Source of the DNA: an uncultured Candidatus Binatia bacterium
GTDB taxonomy: Bacteria > Desulfobacterota > Binatia > Bin18
Length of the DNA stretch: 64,000 nucleotides
Assembly (NCBI GenBank): GCA_965200965.1
Contig: OZ241744.1
Coordinates: forward strand, 3,520,562 to 3,584,561
Reading direction: 5' to 3'
Positions 39,001 through 49,290 of the stretch are shown one piece after another. The position numbers and the translations under genes are program-made. The notes under the pieces are model-generated. The model was not told the DNA's origin. It saw nothing but the letters and a program-made list of their open reading frames with translations, and made no database searches. Numbering within the stretch: position 1 is the first letter of the stretch; each line of letters starts with the position of its first letter.

Positions 39001-39183
39001 CGGCTCGGCCGGCACGAGCTTGTCTTTCAGTTCGGCGTTCCAGGCCGGATGGGTAAAATCGCCGCTGCCGACGAGGCTGATGCCTTTTTTGCGGGCCCAT
39101 ATCGCCAGGTGTTCGAGGTCGCAGTTTTTGCTGGTGGCGCGGGAGTACTTGGAGTGGACATGCAGGTCGGCGTAGAAAGCCAT
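36073..39183 (-). CDS. EndoQ-like PHP nuclease domain fused to a UvrD/PcrA-type SF1 helicase
   Basis: N-terminal 420 or so aa: [39 protein letters not shown], zinc knuckle [22 protein letters not shown] and [11 protein letters not shown] (endonuclease Q / TIGR00375 pattern). C-terminal helicase motifs: [46 protein letters not shown] and YVGVTRAK. Confidence 0.8.
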   Translation of the reverse strand: MAFYADLHVHSKYSRATSKNCDLEHLAIWARKKGISLVGSGDFTHPAWNAELKDKLVPAEPGLFRLRPELEKAVEQQLPLACRSGQTATRFMLSVEISTIYKKSDKTRKIHHLLYTPDFEATERVIHSLSKIGNLRSDGRPILGLDSRHLLEIALESGPGTYLVPAHIWTPWFAALGSKSGFDAIDDCYADLAPHIFAVETGLSSDPAMNWRVSSLDRFRLVSNSDAHSPEKLGREVCVFNTELDYFSLRRALETGQGYEGTLEFFPEEGKYHLDGHRNCNIRFSPAETRHHQGRCPACGKPLTVGVMHRVEDLADRGEKTTPPQTAGSARGLVPLSEMLSEIYQVGPKSKKISHQYESLLGRLGPELQLLTSLPLEDVQHANAPLLTEAVSRLRKQEVIREAGYDGVYGTIRLFRDAELRRQAGGATLFQDEHPRSPVPPVAEGQAVINRPVRPDAPRPQPPSRAIPADPPADILVELDAEQRRAAEITSGPVLIVAGPGSGKTTTLTHRLAALITRHAVPPAHCLVLTFTRRAADELRARLQTLLPDGWRQLTVGTFHSVALSILQADWNAAGLQRGFRLASEAERLHLLQDALGVSEKTARGQIAALSRAKRTPTAAIDVKLNAVYAAYQRALEARNWIDFDDLVIRAADALESNPGLQAHYRQRYRWVCIDEYQDVDERQVRFIKQLVPADGNICAIGDPDQAIYSFRGADVRFFSEFQRDFPTAQVVRLTRNYRSDQNIVRFSAQVMATSAQHSVPVLDNAPNLITVHEAPTEQAEAEFIIQALEHTLGGHSFFSIDSGRSADAEGQDVSFSDFAVLYRTEGQAVALVTALQRSGMPFQKRSHNRLLDHPGVSALIEQLRAQPYAGAVGEQLQAAHKQLGHQAEAYELLKPLAEACGKDSQGFLSALALESQIDSWDPRADRISLLTLHAAKGLEFPVVFIVGCEDGLLPLRWGATAQADLDEERRVFYVGVTRAKTKLYLCRARKRRWWGTIRELPPSPYLADIEERLLERRHSQLARKPRKDTQLELFA

Positions 39184-39201
39184 GTTGTCCCTCTCTCTAG
39201 T

Positions 39202-40089
39202 CTAGCGCCGCAGAAAACGGACAATCGCCTCGGCAATCGCCTGTGGCTGCTCGGGCAGCATGGCATGGCCGGCCTTGGCGATTTCGACCAGGCTGACGCG
39301 CCGGCCGTACTGGCGTTTGAAGCGCCGGGCATTCTCGGGCGGGGCGATTTTGTCCTCGGTACCCTGCAACAGGAGGATCGGAGCGCTGCCGGCGGCGACC
39401 CAGGCTTGGTCTTCGGTCGCCAGGCTCGCCGCCATCTGCATCCGTGTGGCTTTCTGATACCAGCCGTCCTGCCAGCCGACCGGATCGTTGCCAGCGGCAA
39501 AGAATGCTTGCTGAATGGCCTGCCGTCGGACGCTTTGCGGCAGGCTTGGATCGTAGGACATCAGCCGGGCGTGCAGGACCTCGGGGCGCGCGGGCTGACG
39601 CTCTTCGGCCGCCAGCAGCACCAGGGCGCTGACCAACCGCGGGTGATCGCGAGCCACCACGCGGGCGAGACGGCTGCCAAAGGCGTGGCCGACCAGCGTG
39701 ACCGGGCCGCTGTCCAGGGCGCGAATCACGGCCGCGATATCGTTGCCGAGGTCGTGCAGGGTCAGCCCGCTCGTCGGTCCCGTGCTGGCACCTAGGCCGC
39801 GTGGTTGGGGCCGGACGACCTGAAAACCGGCGGCAACTAGACGCGCGCTCAGGTCACTGAAGTCTGCCGCGCCGCGACCGAGGGCCGGCAGGAGGACAAT
39901 CGGCCGGCCCTCGCCCTCAATGAGAACGTGGATAGTGGCCGCCCCGGCCTCAATCAGGGCCGGCTCAGCCACCAGCGGGTCTTGAGTCACCGGCGCGGCC
40001 CACGCGGTCGGGACAAACAGCGATACGAGCCAGACAAAGACGGGCCAGGAGCGGTGCGTGGTGTGGCGATCAGCATCAAGTATCGGCAT
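39202..40089 (-). CDS. secreted alpha/beta hydrolase
   Basis: Signal-like N-terminus, alpha/beta-fold length, and GHAFG in place of the nucleophile elbow G-x-S-x-G. Confidence 0.7.
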   Translation of the reverse strand: MPILDADRHTTHRSWPVFVWLVSLFVPTAWAAPVTQDPLVAEPALIEAGAATIHVLIEGEGRPIVLLPALGRGAADFSDLSARLVAAGFQVVRPQPRGLGASTGPTSGLTLHDLGNDIAAVIRALDSGPVTLVGHAFGSRLARVVARDHPRLVSALVLLAAEERQPARPEVLHARLMSYDPSLPQSVRRQAIQQAFFAAGNDPVGWQDGWYQKATRMQMAASLATEDQAWVAAGSAPILLLQGTEDKIAPPENARRFKRQYGRRVSLVEIAKAGHAMLPEQPQAIAEAIVRFLRR

Positions 40090-40277
40090 TGCGCATTCTT
40101 CTTATACTACCCGGACCGGGCGGCGCAAGAACTCGCCGATAGGCGACGGCATTGCATCCGGGCCGGGGGCTGGGCAATATGGGTCATCCTGACCTGTGGG
40201 AGCAGGAAGAGAGGACGAACCATTGGAGGTGTTGTGGCTGAACGCGGAGGCCGCGATGCAGACCGAAGGAGGAGCCC

Positions 40278-42653
40278 ATGCAAACCCGGACAGTTGATCC
40301 GTCAATCTCCCGAACGCCAATCCGGCTGAATGCTACAGACCAGGCGACGGTGTGTGTGCTGTGCAGCCATAACTGCGGTCTGCGGGTTGATGTGGTCAAG
40401 GGGCGGATTGAGCATATCCGGGCGGACCAGACCAACCCGATCTCGCACGGCTACATCTGTAACAAAGGCTTCAGCATTCCCGCCTATGTGAACCATGCCC
40501 AACGGGTCTCACACCCGCTCAAGCGCCGGCCCGAGGGAGGCTTTGAGCGGGTCGGCTGGCAGCAGGCCGTGGCGGAAATCAGCGCCAAGCTCAAGCGCAT
40601 CAGAGACCGGCATTCGCCGCGCTCCATCGGCCTCGTCGGGATTGGCGGCCAGGCCAACCATATGGATGCCCCCTTTGGGGTGACGTTTCTGTCGCTGCTG
40701 GGCTCGAGGCGCTTCTTTAACGCCCTGGCCCAGGAAAAGTCCCAGCACTGGCTGGTGTTGAAATGGATGCTGGACGGCTCATCGGGCACGGCCTTGCATC
40801 CCGACCACGACCGGTCCGATTTTGTGCTGGTGCTCGGCACCAACCCGCATATCAGCAACCGGGGCCACAACCCGACCGATGGGCTCAGAGCGCTCGCCCG
40901 TGATGCCAAGCGCAGGATGGTGGTTGTTGATCCGCGGGTGACGGAGACCAGCCGGCAGGCCGACCGTCACCTGCGCCTCAAGCCCGGCACGGATGCCTAT
41001 CTGCTGCTCGCCCTGGCCGCGAGTATTATTGGCCGCGACCTGGGCGACGCCGAGTTCATCCGGGATAAGACGCTGGGCTACGAACAGGTCAAAGCCCAGT
41101 TGGCCGAGGTCAGGGTGCGGGACATGGCTGCCCGCTGCGGTGTGGAAGTGAGCGATATCGTGGCGACCGCCGAAGAACTGGCCGCGGCCGGGCGCGCCTC
41201 TCTGTTGTGGGACCTGGGTGTTGAAATGACCCGCTTCTCAACCCTCAACTCATATCTCCTCCACCTGCTGAGTGCGGTGACCGGCAACCTGGGCCGGGCG
41301 GGCGGCAATGTGTTCACCACCACCCTCAACCCGCCGACGCCCGACCCGCGCCGCCACGACGAGCCGGAGCGCGCCCTGGCGTCTGGCATCCCGGCGGTCT
41401 CGGCCTTGACCCGGCTGGGGATTTTTTCGCCGGTGCTCATCCCCGAAGAGATCACCCTTGACCATCCAGAGCGCCTGCGGGCGCTGATTGTCGAGGGGGC
41501 AAACCCGCTGCTGTCCTATCCAGATACCAAAGCCTGGCTGGCGGCCCGGCAAGAGTTGGACGTGCTGGTGGTGATTGAACCGGCCATGACCGAGACGGCC
41601 CGCCTCGCCGACTATGTCCTGCCCACCCCGGTCGGCTACGAAAAATGGGAGATGGCCAGCTTCCCGCGTGGCTTTCCCAGCGTGCCGGTCCAGGTCCGCC
41701 CACCGATTGTTCCGGCCTTGGGAGAAGCCCTGCCCGAAGGCGAAATCTATGTTCGTCTGGCCGAGGCGATGGGGCTGGTGCCCGAAGCGCCGGCCGAGTT
41801 GCACGAACTGGCCGCCGCGACCGGCCGGCCGGCCGGCGCGGATCGCTATCTCAGCGCCCTCCAGGCCGCGGCCAAACAGGCTGGGTTCGGCGCTCCGCTG
41901 TACTGGGCGTATCGGACCCTGGGCCGCTATTTGGACTCCCCCGTGCTGTCTTCGATCTGGTTTCAGGCGGTGATGAACGGTCGGGTGCGGGGCGAGGCAG
42001 TGGCGCGCGCGTTTGGCCCGGAGTGGCAGGACAAAGACGGCTTCAGCCTGGGCCTTGAGGTGTATCGGCGTCTGATGGCCCATCCCCAAGGGGTGGAAAT
42101 TGCCCGGCTTGACCCGGCGACAAATCTGGACGAGCGGATCGGCTTTACGGACAAAAAAATCCGTCTGGCCCCCCAGCAGATCCAGACCGAACTGCGCCGC
42201 GCCATCCACACCCCGCCGGCCTACGACCCGGACTACCCGACAATTCTGGCCTCGGGTCTGCGCACCCGCTGGACGGCCAACACCATCCAGCGTGACCCGG
42301 CTTGGCGCAAAGGGCGGGGGCCGCACTGCGCCCTCAACCTGTCGCCCGGTGACGCCGCGCGCCTGGGGGTGACAAACGGCGAGACCCTGCGGGTTGTCAC
42401 CAAACGCGGCAGCGTCGAGCTGCCGGCCATGATTGACGCCAAGCTCATGGACGGCCATGTGTGGATGCCGAACGGTTTTGGCATGCAATATCCTGCCGGC
42501 AAGGGCGGCCACGACGGCCCCACCGAAACCGCCGGGGTGAATATGAACGCCTACACCGATGTTGCCGACCGTGACCCCTTCAGCGGCTGTCCACACCATC
42601 GCTATGTCGCGTGCCGGCTGGAGCCGGTAGCCACGTCCTCAGAAGCGCCCTGA
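40278..42653 (+). CDS. molybdopterin-dependent oxidoreductase (DMSO reductase / formate dehydrogenase superfamily)
   Basis: ATG after AGGAGG. N-terminal Cys cluster CVLCSHNCGL. 791 aa with a C-terminal molydopterin dinucleotide-binding-like region. Confidence 0.8.
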   Translation: MQTRTVDPSISRTPIRLNATDQATVCVLCSHNCGLRVDVVKGRIEHIRADQTNPISHGYICNKGFSIPAYVNHAQRVSHPLKRRPEGGFERVGWQQAVAEISAKLKRIRDRHSPRSIGLVGIGGQANHMDAPFGVTFLSLLGSRRFFNALAQEKSQHWLVLKWMLDGSSGTALHPDHDRSDFVLVLGTNPHISNRGHNPTDGLRALARDAKRRMVVVDPRVTETSRQADRHLRLKPGTDAYLLLALAASIIGRDLGDAEFIRDKTLGYEQVKAQLAEVRVRDMAARCGVEVSDIVATAEELAAAGRASLLWDLGVEMTRFSTLNSYLLHLLSAVTGNLGRAGGNVFTTTLNPPTPDPRRHDEPERALASGIPAVSALTRLGIFSPVLIPEEITLDHPERLRALIVEGANPLLSYPDTKAWLAARQELDVLVVIEPAMTETARLADYVLPTPVGYEKWEMASFPRGFPSVPVQVRPPIVPALGEALPEGEIYVRLAEAMGLVPEAPAELHELAAATGRPAGADRYLSALQAAAKQAGFGAPLYWAYRTLGRYLDSPVLSSIWFQAVMNGRVRGEAVARAFGPEWQDKDGFSLGLEVYRRLMAHPQGVEIARLDPATNLDERIGFTDKKIRLAPQQIQTELRRAIHTPPAYDPDYPTILASGLRTRWTANTIQRDPAWRKGRGPHCALNLSPGDAARLGVTNGETLRVVTKRGSVELPAMIDAKLMDGHVWMPNGFGMQYPAGKGGHDGPTETAGVNMNAYTDVADRDPFSGCPHHRYVACRLEPVATSSEAP

Positions 42654-42702
42654 TCTGCCCGGCGATTTTCAGGGATAACGATTCTTCGGTATGGCACGCG
42701 AG

Positions 42703-43959
42703 CTAGGGGATTTCTCCGCGCTGGCGCATGTCGGCCACCAGCGCTTCCTGGACCAGCACCCCGCTGTCGGTCAGGCTGGCGACCCGATCGGCCGAGTAGC
42801 CCAGGTAGCGGTCCAGGACCTCGGCGTTGTGCTGGCCCAGCAGCGGGGCCGGACGGCGAATCTCAACCCGGGTGTCAGAGTAGCGAATCGGCGTCTTGGG
42901 AATGCCGATTGGGCCCATGCCGGGGTGGACGATCTGCTGCATGGCCCCGCGGGCTTTCATGTGCGGGTGGTTGATGATCTGGCCGATGTCCAGGACCGGT
43001 GCACTCAGGATACGGACCTCGTCCAGGAGTGCCAGCGGCTCGTCGCGGCTGGAGAAGGATTGCAGCCAAGCTTCGATCAGTTCAACCAGGACAAAGCGGT
43101 TCTCGGCCCGGTGCTGGTTGGTGGTAAAGCGGGGGTCGTTGATCCACTCGGGTTTGTTGACGGCCCGCGCAAAGGTCTTCCACTGGTGCTCCAGCACGAC
43201 GATGACCACATAGCCGTCGCTGGCCTTGAAGATGCCGCACGGGGCGACTGCGTAGTGGTGTGAGCCGAAACGGGTCGGGTTTTCTTTGCCCTCGCTCAGC
43301 GTGTAGAACTGCACCGCGGTGTCGTGCAGGTGAAACAGACACTCCAGCAGGGACAGGTCAATGTACTGGCCGCGGCCGGTTTTCTGGCGGTAATACAGGG
43401 CCGCGCACACCGAGGCCAAGCCATGGACGCCGGCGTTTTCATCGGCAATGAACAGGCCGACATAGGTCGGCGCTTTGTCCGGGTCGCCGGTCAGGTGCAG
43501 CAGCCCGCTCATGGCCTGGGCCAGGGTGTCAACGCCGGGTTTGTGGACCAGCGGGCCGTCCTGACCAAAGCCTGAGATGGAACACATGATCAGGCGAGCG
43601 TTGAGCGCCTTGAGGTCGTCATAGCCGAGGCCGTAGCGGCTCAGGGTGCCGGGGCTGAAGTTTTCTATGACCACATCGACCTTGGGTACCAGCTCTTTGA
43701 CGATCTGGACCGCTTCGGGCCGCTTGATATCGAGGCACACGCTGAGTTTGCCCCGGTTGTGCTGGATATAGCCGCCGCTCTGGCCGGCCCTGAAATACGG
43801 GTACAGGCGCGAGTTGTCGCCGCCCGGGGCGAGTTCGAGCTTGATGATCTCGGCACCCATGTCGGCCATCATGCGGGTCAAGACCGGGGCGGCAATATAC
43901 TGACCGAAGTCGAGCACGCAGACGCCTTCGAGCACGGACGGTGTGGCTGGCTGTGACAT
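42703..43959 (-). CDS. CaiB/BaiF family III CoA-transferase
   Basis: LEGVCVLDFGQYIAAP start, and a central GSHHYAVAPCGIFKASDGYVVI typical of the family. Confidence 0.85.
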   Translation of the reverse strand: MSQPATPSVLEGVCVLDFGQYIAAPVLTRMMADMGAEIIKLELAPGGDNSRLYPYFRAGQSGGYIQHNRGKLSVCLDIKRPEAVQIVKELVPKVDVVIENFSPGTLSRYGLGYDDLKALNARLIMCSISGFGQDGPLVHKPGVDTLAQAMSGLLHLTGDPDKAPTYVGLFIADENAGVHGLASVCAALYYRQKTGRGQYIDLSLLECLFHLHDTAVQFYTLSEGKENPTRFGSHHYAVAPCGIFKASDGYVVIVVLEHQWKTFARAVNKPEWINDPRFTTNQHRAENRFVLVELIEAWLQSFSSRDEPLALLDEVRILSAPVLDIGQIINHPHMKARGAMQQIVHPGMGPIGIPKTPIRYSDTRVEIRRPAPLLGQHNAEVLDRYLGYSADRVASLTDSGVLVQEALVADMRQRGEIP

Positions 43960-43980
43960 GTTTCCTCCCTCGTGTACAGT

Positions 43981-44571
43981 CTAGTTCTCAAAATGCACAA
44001 AGTCAATCAGGAATACCGCGCCGAGCAGGACGCCCTTGTGGTCAAGTTGGAGTTCGGCCGGAAAGTTCAGGGCGAAATTATCCGCATCGCTCAGGCTCTC
44101 CTTGACTAAGCCGGTCCATTTTTTGGTGATGCGTCCAATCTCCCGGCCGCCGGCCCGGATCAGAAACGTCCATGGCCTGAGCAGCGGACCGAGGAGTTGA
44201 AAGCACTCCTGGCCGGTGGCGTCGTACACTGCATAGACCCGTCGCACAAGAGAAAAGCGCTTTTCAACCCGGCCCAGCCGCCGGCCGTCCGGGCTGCGGA
44301 CCTCCAGGGTGTGAAAATACAGGCGGAAGGGTCTGTCCAGGCGCAGGATCGGGCCTCCTCTGGCATCCAGGATATGGATAGTAAAGGGCCGCAGCGCCTT
44401 GAGGAAATGCCGGAAGAAGAGCGAGCGGCCGGCTTCGGCCGCCACATAGACCTCGTCGCCGGTCCCATCTAGGACGGCATAGGCGTTTTTTGTTTCCCAG
44501 CTGGTCAGGAGTTCGCCCCATTCTATACGTTGCTGAATCACCAGGGTGTCGAGAGCGGCCAGTTTGTCCAT
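43981..44571 (-). CDS. phospholipid scramblase-like (scramblase/LURP1 fold) protein
   Basis: 196 aa. N-terminal LVIQQRIEWGELLTSWETKNAYAVLD and a hydrophobic C-terminal LLGAVFLIDFVHFE match the scramblase family pattern. Confidence 0.6.
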   Translation of the reverse strand: MDKLAALDTLVIQQRIEWGELLTSWETKNAYAVLDGTGDEVYVAAEAGRSLFFRHFLKALRPFTIHILDARGGPILRLDRPFRLYFHTLEVRSPDGRRLGRVEKRFSLVRRVYAVYDATGQECFQLLGPLLRPWTFLIRAGGREIGRITKKWTGLVKESLSDADNFALNFPAELQLDHKGVLLGAVFLIDFVHFEN

Positions 44572-44586
44572 TGGAGGGTCACTCCT

Positions 44587-45918
44587 TCAGTCGTGGAAAA
44601 AGCGGTTGGGGGGGCGGGGTAGGCCCAGGTTTTCACGCAACGTCCTGCCCTCGTACTCGCGCCGGAACAGCTCGCGGCGCTGGAGTTCGGGCACGATCCG
44701 GTCGACAAAGTCGTCCAGCCCGCCGGGCAGGTAGGGGAACATGATGTTGAAACCGTCGCAGCCCTTGTCGAGCAGCCATTCCTCCATCTGGTCGGCAATA
44801 GTGGCCGGGGTGCCGATCAGCTCCAGGGCGCTGAAGCTGCCGCCCACATACTGGGCGAGCTGGCGGACGGTCATGTTGTCTCGCCGGGCCAGGTCAAGCA
44901 GTTTTTGTCGGCCGCTCTTGCTGGCGTTACTCTCCGGGATAGCGGGCAGTGGGCCGTCCAGTTCAAAGCCCGACACGTCGTGGCCGAGCAGAACGGACAG
45001 GGTGGCAAGCGCGCTGTCGGGATGGACCAGGCTGTCCAGCCGGGCCTTTTTGGCCCGCGCCTCGGCCAGGCTGTCACCCACTACCACAAACGCCCCAGGC
45101 AGAATTTTGAGATGATCGGGCGAGCGGCCGCAGACCTCCATCCGGCCTTTTACGTCAGCGTAATAGCGCTGCCCGTCGCTCAGGGTGCTGGGGCTGCTGA
45201 ACACCACCTCGGCCGTCTCGGCCGCCAGTTGGCGGCCGGCCTCCGAGGCCCCGGCCTGGACAATGACCGGCCAGCCCTGGATGGGTCGGGCAACGTTGAG
45301 CGGCCCGCGAACCGACAGCTGGGGGCCGGTGTGGGCCAGGATGTGCATTTTGTCCGGGTCAAAATACGTCCCGGTGTCCACATCGCGGATAAAGGCGTCG
45401 TCGGCCCAACTGTCCCACAGACCGGTCACTACGTCAAAGAACTCGCGCGCCCGCCGGTAGCGCGCGCCGTGCTCCAGGTGGCGCTCACGGCCAAAGTTGC
45501 GCGCCTCCTGGGGGTTGGCCGAGGTAACCACATTCCAGCCGGCCCGGCCGCCACTGATGTGGTCAAGCGAGGCGAACTTGCGTGCCACATGATACGGCTC
45601 GTTATAGGTCGTGGAGGCGGTGGCGATCAGCCCCAGACGCCCGGTCACGACGGCCAGCGCCGGCAGCAGGGTCAGGGGGTCGAAAGACGTGACCGTGGCG
45701 CTGCGTTTGAGGGCCGCCATCGGCATGTTCATCACCGCCAGGTGGTCGGCCATGAAAAAGGCGTCAAAGCGCCCCCGCTCCAGGGTGGCGACAAAGCGCC
45801 GGTAGTGGGCAAAATTGAAATTGGCGTCCGGGAAAGCGCCCGGGTAGCGCCAAGCCGCGGTATGAATGCTGACCGGTCGCATGAACGCACCGAGTCGCAG
45901 TTGTGGTGAGTCAGCCAC
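44587..45918 (-). CDS. LLM-class flavin-dependent monooxygenase (NtaA/SnaA/DszA type)
   Basis: 443 aa, with LGAFMRPVSIHTAAWRYP... typical of the nitrilotriacetate monooxygenase component A family. Confidence 0.85.
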   Translation of the reverse strand: MADSPQLRLGAFMRPVSIHTAAWRYPGAFPDANFNFAHYRRFVATLERGRFDAFFMADHLAVMNMPMAALKRSATVTSFDPLTLLPALAVVTGRLGLIATASTTYNEPYHVARKFASLDHISGGRAGWNVVTSANPQEARNFGRERHLEHGARYRRAREFFDVVTGLWDSWADDAFIRDVDTGTYFDPDKMHILAHTGPQLSVRGPLNVARPIQGWPVIVQAGASEAGRQLAAETAEVVFSSPSTLSDGQRYYADVKGRMEVCGRSPDHLKILPGAFVVVGDSLAEARAKKARLDSLVHPDSALATLSVLLGHDVSGFELDGPLPAIPESNASKSGRQKLLDLARRDNMTVRQLAQYVGGSFSALELIGTPATIADQMEEWLLDKGCDGFNIMFPYLPGGLDDFVDRIVPELQRRELFRREYEGRTLRENLGLPRPPNRFFHD

Positions 45919-46083
45919 ACGTCCCTCCCCTTGCTTGCAGACTGCGCGTTCAGGGTAGCAAATCGGCGACGAATGAACAGTCCGGACTTTTTCACCAGCT
46001 TCAGGATTGCAGCGGGCGAAGACGGCCTTCTGCCTGCTCGTCTCGGACCCACTGCCTGATTTTCCGAAGTCAGCTTGCCCGTC

Positions 46084-46670
46084 TCAGGGTCTGGCCCGCC
46101 TCAACAAGTTCAGCGAGAACAGTTGCGGTAAGCCGTGGGTGTCGCTGGCCTCATATTCTCCGTCGGTCAACTTCAACAAACTCACCTGCCTCCCGTCATA
46201 ACGCCACACCTCCGGGACGCCGACCGCGGCATAGATAGGGAGTTTATTGAGGGAAGGACTGCTGGTGTCGATTTCAATCACGAGCTCGGGTGGCGGGTCA
46301 GTGGCAAGATCACCGTCTTCCCTGCGCCGGATATGGTCGGCTTTGGCAATGTAGAAACAGGCGTCGGGATCAAAGCCGCGTACAATGTCTGCCCGGCGGA
46401 ATGTGGTTGAACCCACGCCCTCAATGTCGATATCAAGCTCGGCCGCAGGAACTCAACCAAGGTCTCAAGAATATGCTTGAGTTTTTCATGGCGTAAAGGC
46501 ACAACCATAATCTCCAGCACCCCCTGATCGTAAGTGCAATGCGCGGCGTGGCTGTTGCTGAAATCGGCGAGCAGCCTTTCATAGGTTGCCCAGCTCACGC
46601 CAAGTAAGATGAAGCGCCGGTCCGCAGCCGGCGCTGAGGGTGAGGAGGGAAGGGACATTTGGGCGTTCAT
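46084..46670 (-). pseudogene. Uma2 (DUF820) family endonuclease, one frameshift
   Basis: The N-terminal piece ...RFILLGVSWATYERLLADFSNSHAAHCTYDQGVLEIMVVPLRHEKLKHILETLVEFL and the C-terminal piece ...FRRADIVRGFDPDACFYIAKADHI...PELVIEIDTSSPSLNKLPIYAAVGVPEVWRYDG are in different frames. The junction is near 46440-46450. Confidence 0.65.
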
Positions 46671-46778
46671 GGCATCGCTCTGACGCCGATGTGTGTCTTT
46701 CACCTGGACAGACTATAGCCACTAGTGAAGGCAATATTGTCGCTTGTCTACCGTCTGCATCAACAAGGAGGGTCACCC

Positions 46779-48308
46779 ATGACTGCCGTACAGATTTCCA
46801 AATCAAAACAGGTCCGGGCCCGGCTGAGTCATTCCGTTATCGACTCCGACGGCCATACCGTAGAGTTTGAACCCGCGGTGATGGACACCCTGCGCGAGCT
46901 CGGCGGGCCGGGCATTGTTGAGCGCTACAAGGTCAAACGCACCGAGGGGCCGACCGCCTCGCTGGGCGGAATGCTGAACTGGCACAGGCTGTCGCCTGCG
47001 GAGCGGCAGACCCAACGCCTGACCGTTCCGCCCTGGTGGGCGCTGCCGGCCGCAAACACACTTGACCGGGCAACCTCAATGCTGCCCAAACTGCTCTACG
47101 GACGCCTGGACGACATGGGCATTGACGTGTCCATCCTGTATCCGACCTTCGGGCTTCTGGCCCCGCACCTCGACGATCAGGAGATTCGCCTGGCCGCCTG
47201 TCGGGCCTTCAACACCTACCACGCCGATATTTTCAAAGAATACGCCGACCGGCTGATCCCGGTAGCGGTGATTCCGATGCACACCCCGGACGAGGCGCTT
47301 GCCGAACTCGACCATGCGGTTGGCCAGCTCGGCATGAAGGCGGTCATGCTGGCCGGCCATGTGCTCCGTCCGGTCCCTGCCGCAGAGGCCGTGTCCTCAG
47401 AAGCCGCCCGCTACAGTTATTGGCTGGATACCTTTTGTCTGGACAGTGACTACGACTATGACCCAGTGTGGGCCAAGTGCGTTGAACTGAAGGTCGCCCC
47501 GACCTTTCACTCCGCGGCGATGGGCTGGGGCAGCCGCACCTCGACCTCAACCTGTATGTATAACCACATCGGCCATTTTGCCGAGGCCGGCGAGGCGATG
47601 TGCAAAGCCCTGTTCTTTGGCGGCGTGACCCGGCGCTTCCCCAGCCTGAAGTTTGCCTTTCTGGAGGGCGGGGTGAGCACCGGGGCGCGGCTGTACGCCG
47701 ACTTGGTCGCTCGCTGGCACAAGCGCAACCCCGAGGCGATTGAGAACTACAATCCGGCCAACCTGAACCCCGAGATGTTGCTTGATCTGTGCCGGAAGTA
47801 CGGCGGCAGGGTCACCGAGGGCCGGCTGCAACACCTCAGCAACGCCAGCGGGGCAACGATCAACACCCGGGCCGCCCCGGACATCAAGAACGACTTCCAC
47901 CGCACCGGCATCGAAAAAGCTGAAGATATCAGAGACCTGTTTATTCCCCACTTCTAATTCGGGTGCGAGGCCGATGATCCCATGAACGCCACCGGCTTTA
48001 ACACCAGGGCAAATCCGTTCGGCGAGCAGGTCCGCTCGGTCTACAGTTCCGATATTGGCCACTGGGACGTGCCCGACATGACCGAGGTGACGGAAGAGGC
48101 GTATGAGCTAGTCAAACACGGGATACTGAGCGAAGAGAACTTCCGCGACTTTGTGTTCACCAACCCGGCCGCCCTGTGGGCGGGCATGAACCCGGACTTC
48201 TTCACCGGCACGGTAGTCAAAAAGAGGTTGGTCGGCTCTTGGCCGAGGCCGTCCACCAGCCTCGCGGGGCGGGGGAGCGCAGGAGGAATCTGGAACCGGC
48301 CACTGTGA
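46779..48308 (+). pseudogene. amidohydrolase-2 family protein interrupted by an in-frame TAA (and possibly an A-run frameshift near 48220)
   Basis: ATG at 46779 after AAGGAGG. ORFs 46725-47957 and 47982-48308 are in the same frame. The sequence reads IPHF*FGCEADDPMN where homologs read HFYFGCEADDP. Downstream has SSDIGHWDV. Confidence 0.75.
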
Positions 48309-48376
48309 CAGCCGCCCTCAAGACGGCCCGCGACTGAACACGGCCCCTCCCCATCAAGGGGGGCGGGAAGGGACCG

Positions 48377-48664
48377 CTAGACGCCTTCAACCACGATCAT
48401 CTGGGCGCGCGAGGCGCTCTGACGCAGTGCCTTGGGTTCACGGTATTCGTCGGAGTTCCACCACGCTTTAGCCTGTTCGACACTCTCAAATTCGAGCACA
48501 ACCACCCGGCTAGGCTGCCAGTCGCCCTCCAGCGTTTCGGCTTGGCCGCCACGCACAATGAACTTGCCGCCATACGCCTCGACCGTTGCCGGGACGAGCC
48601 TGGTATAGCCCTGGTAGGTCTCAGGATCGGTCACGCTGACATCAACAATGATATAGGCTGACAT
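48377..48664 (-). CDS. DUF1330 domain protein
   Basis: 95 aa, MSAYIIVDVSVTDPETYQGY...ARWWNSDEY-type pattern (AKAWWNSDEYRE). Confidence 0.8.
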   Translation of the reverse strand: MSAYIIVDVSVTDPETYQGYTRLVPATVEAYGGKFIVRGGQAETLEGDWQPSRVVVLEFESVEQAKAWWNSDEYREPKALRQSASRAQMIVVEGV

Positions 48665-48805
48665 CGCTCTCCTCCTTGGGAACTCCCCGCCCGCGCCGGA
48701 ATGCTCTACTCCTTCCTATCTGCGCACTTCACCAAATGCAATCGGGCTGGCGTTTCGGGGGAGCCTCGGCTACAGCCGCGTGTATGACAAGAGGGGGAGA
48801 CGCTC

Positions 48806-49281
48806 ATGGCCCGACAGCACGGCTTGCTCTCTGAGCCGACGCCGGCCAGCGCAGCCGGCATTCCCGCCGCCCACCGGCGGTATGCCCTGCTCATCCTGCT
48901 GATGGTCCCGTTTGGCTTCGCCACCTACCTGACGCCGGCCACCCGCCTGGCGCTGGCCGCCTTCATTGTGCCGGCCTTTGTCGGGGGGGTGTTTATCGCG
49001 CCCAGTTTTGCCCTGAATCAGGGCTTGGTCGGTGCGTATGCGGTCGGTGGCTTCGGCCCTGCTGCTGTTCATCCTGAACAGCAGCGGCCTGGGATTTGGG
49101 CCACAAACGATAGGCGTGGTCAGCGATCTGCTCCGGGCCCCGGTATGGCGTTAAGTCCTTGCGGTATGCCCTGGTGGGGGTGTCGTTGCTCAACGTCTGG
49201 GCGGCGTTTCATTACTTCATGGCCGGGCGGACGCTGCCGGCCGACTTGGCCCGGGCCAAGGCCGCGGAGGCGGCTGACTGA
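48806..49281 (+). pseudogene. 3' remnant of an MFS transporter gene with frameshifts
   Basis: Only the last four or so TM helices are present, read across three frames: ...FIAPSFALNQGLVG / RMRSVASALLLFILNSSGLGFGPQTIGVVSDLL / YGVKSLRYALVGVSLLNVWAAFHYFMAGRTLPADLARAKAAEAAD*. Confidence 0.5.
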
Positions 49282-49290
49282 CCGGGGACG

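Noticed and set aside
48320-48376. A C-run / G-run (cccctcccc...ggggggcggg) after the amidohydrolase as a rho-independent terminator.
   Set aside because: The stem pairs imperfectly, there is no T-tract, and it may lie within the true (frameshifted) C-terminal coding region.
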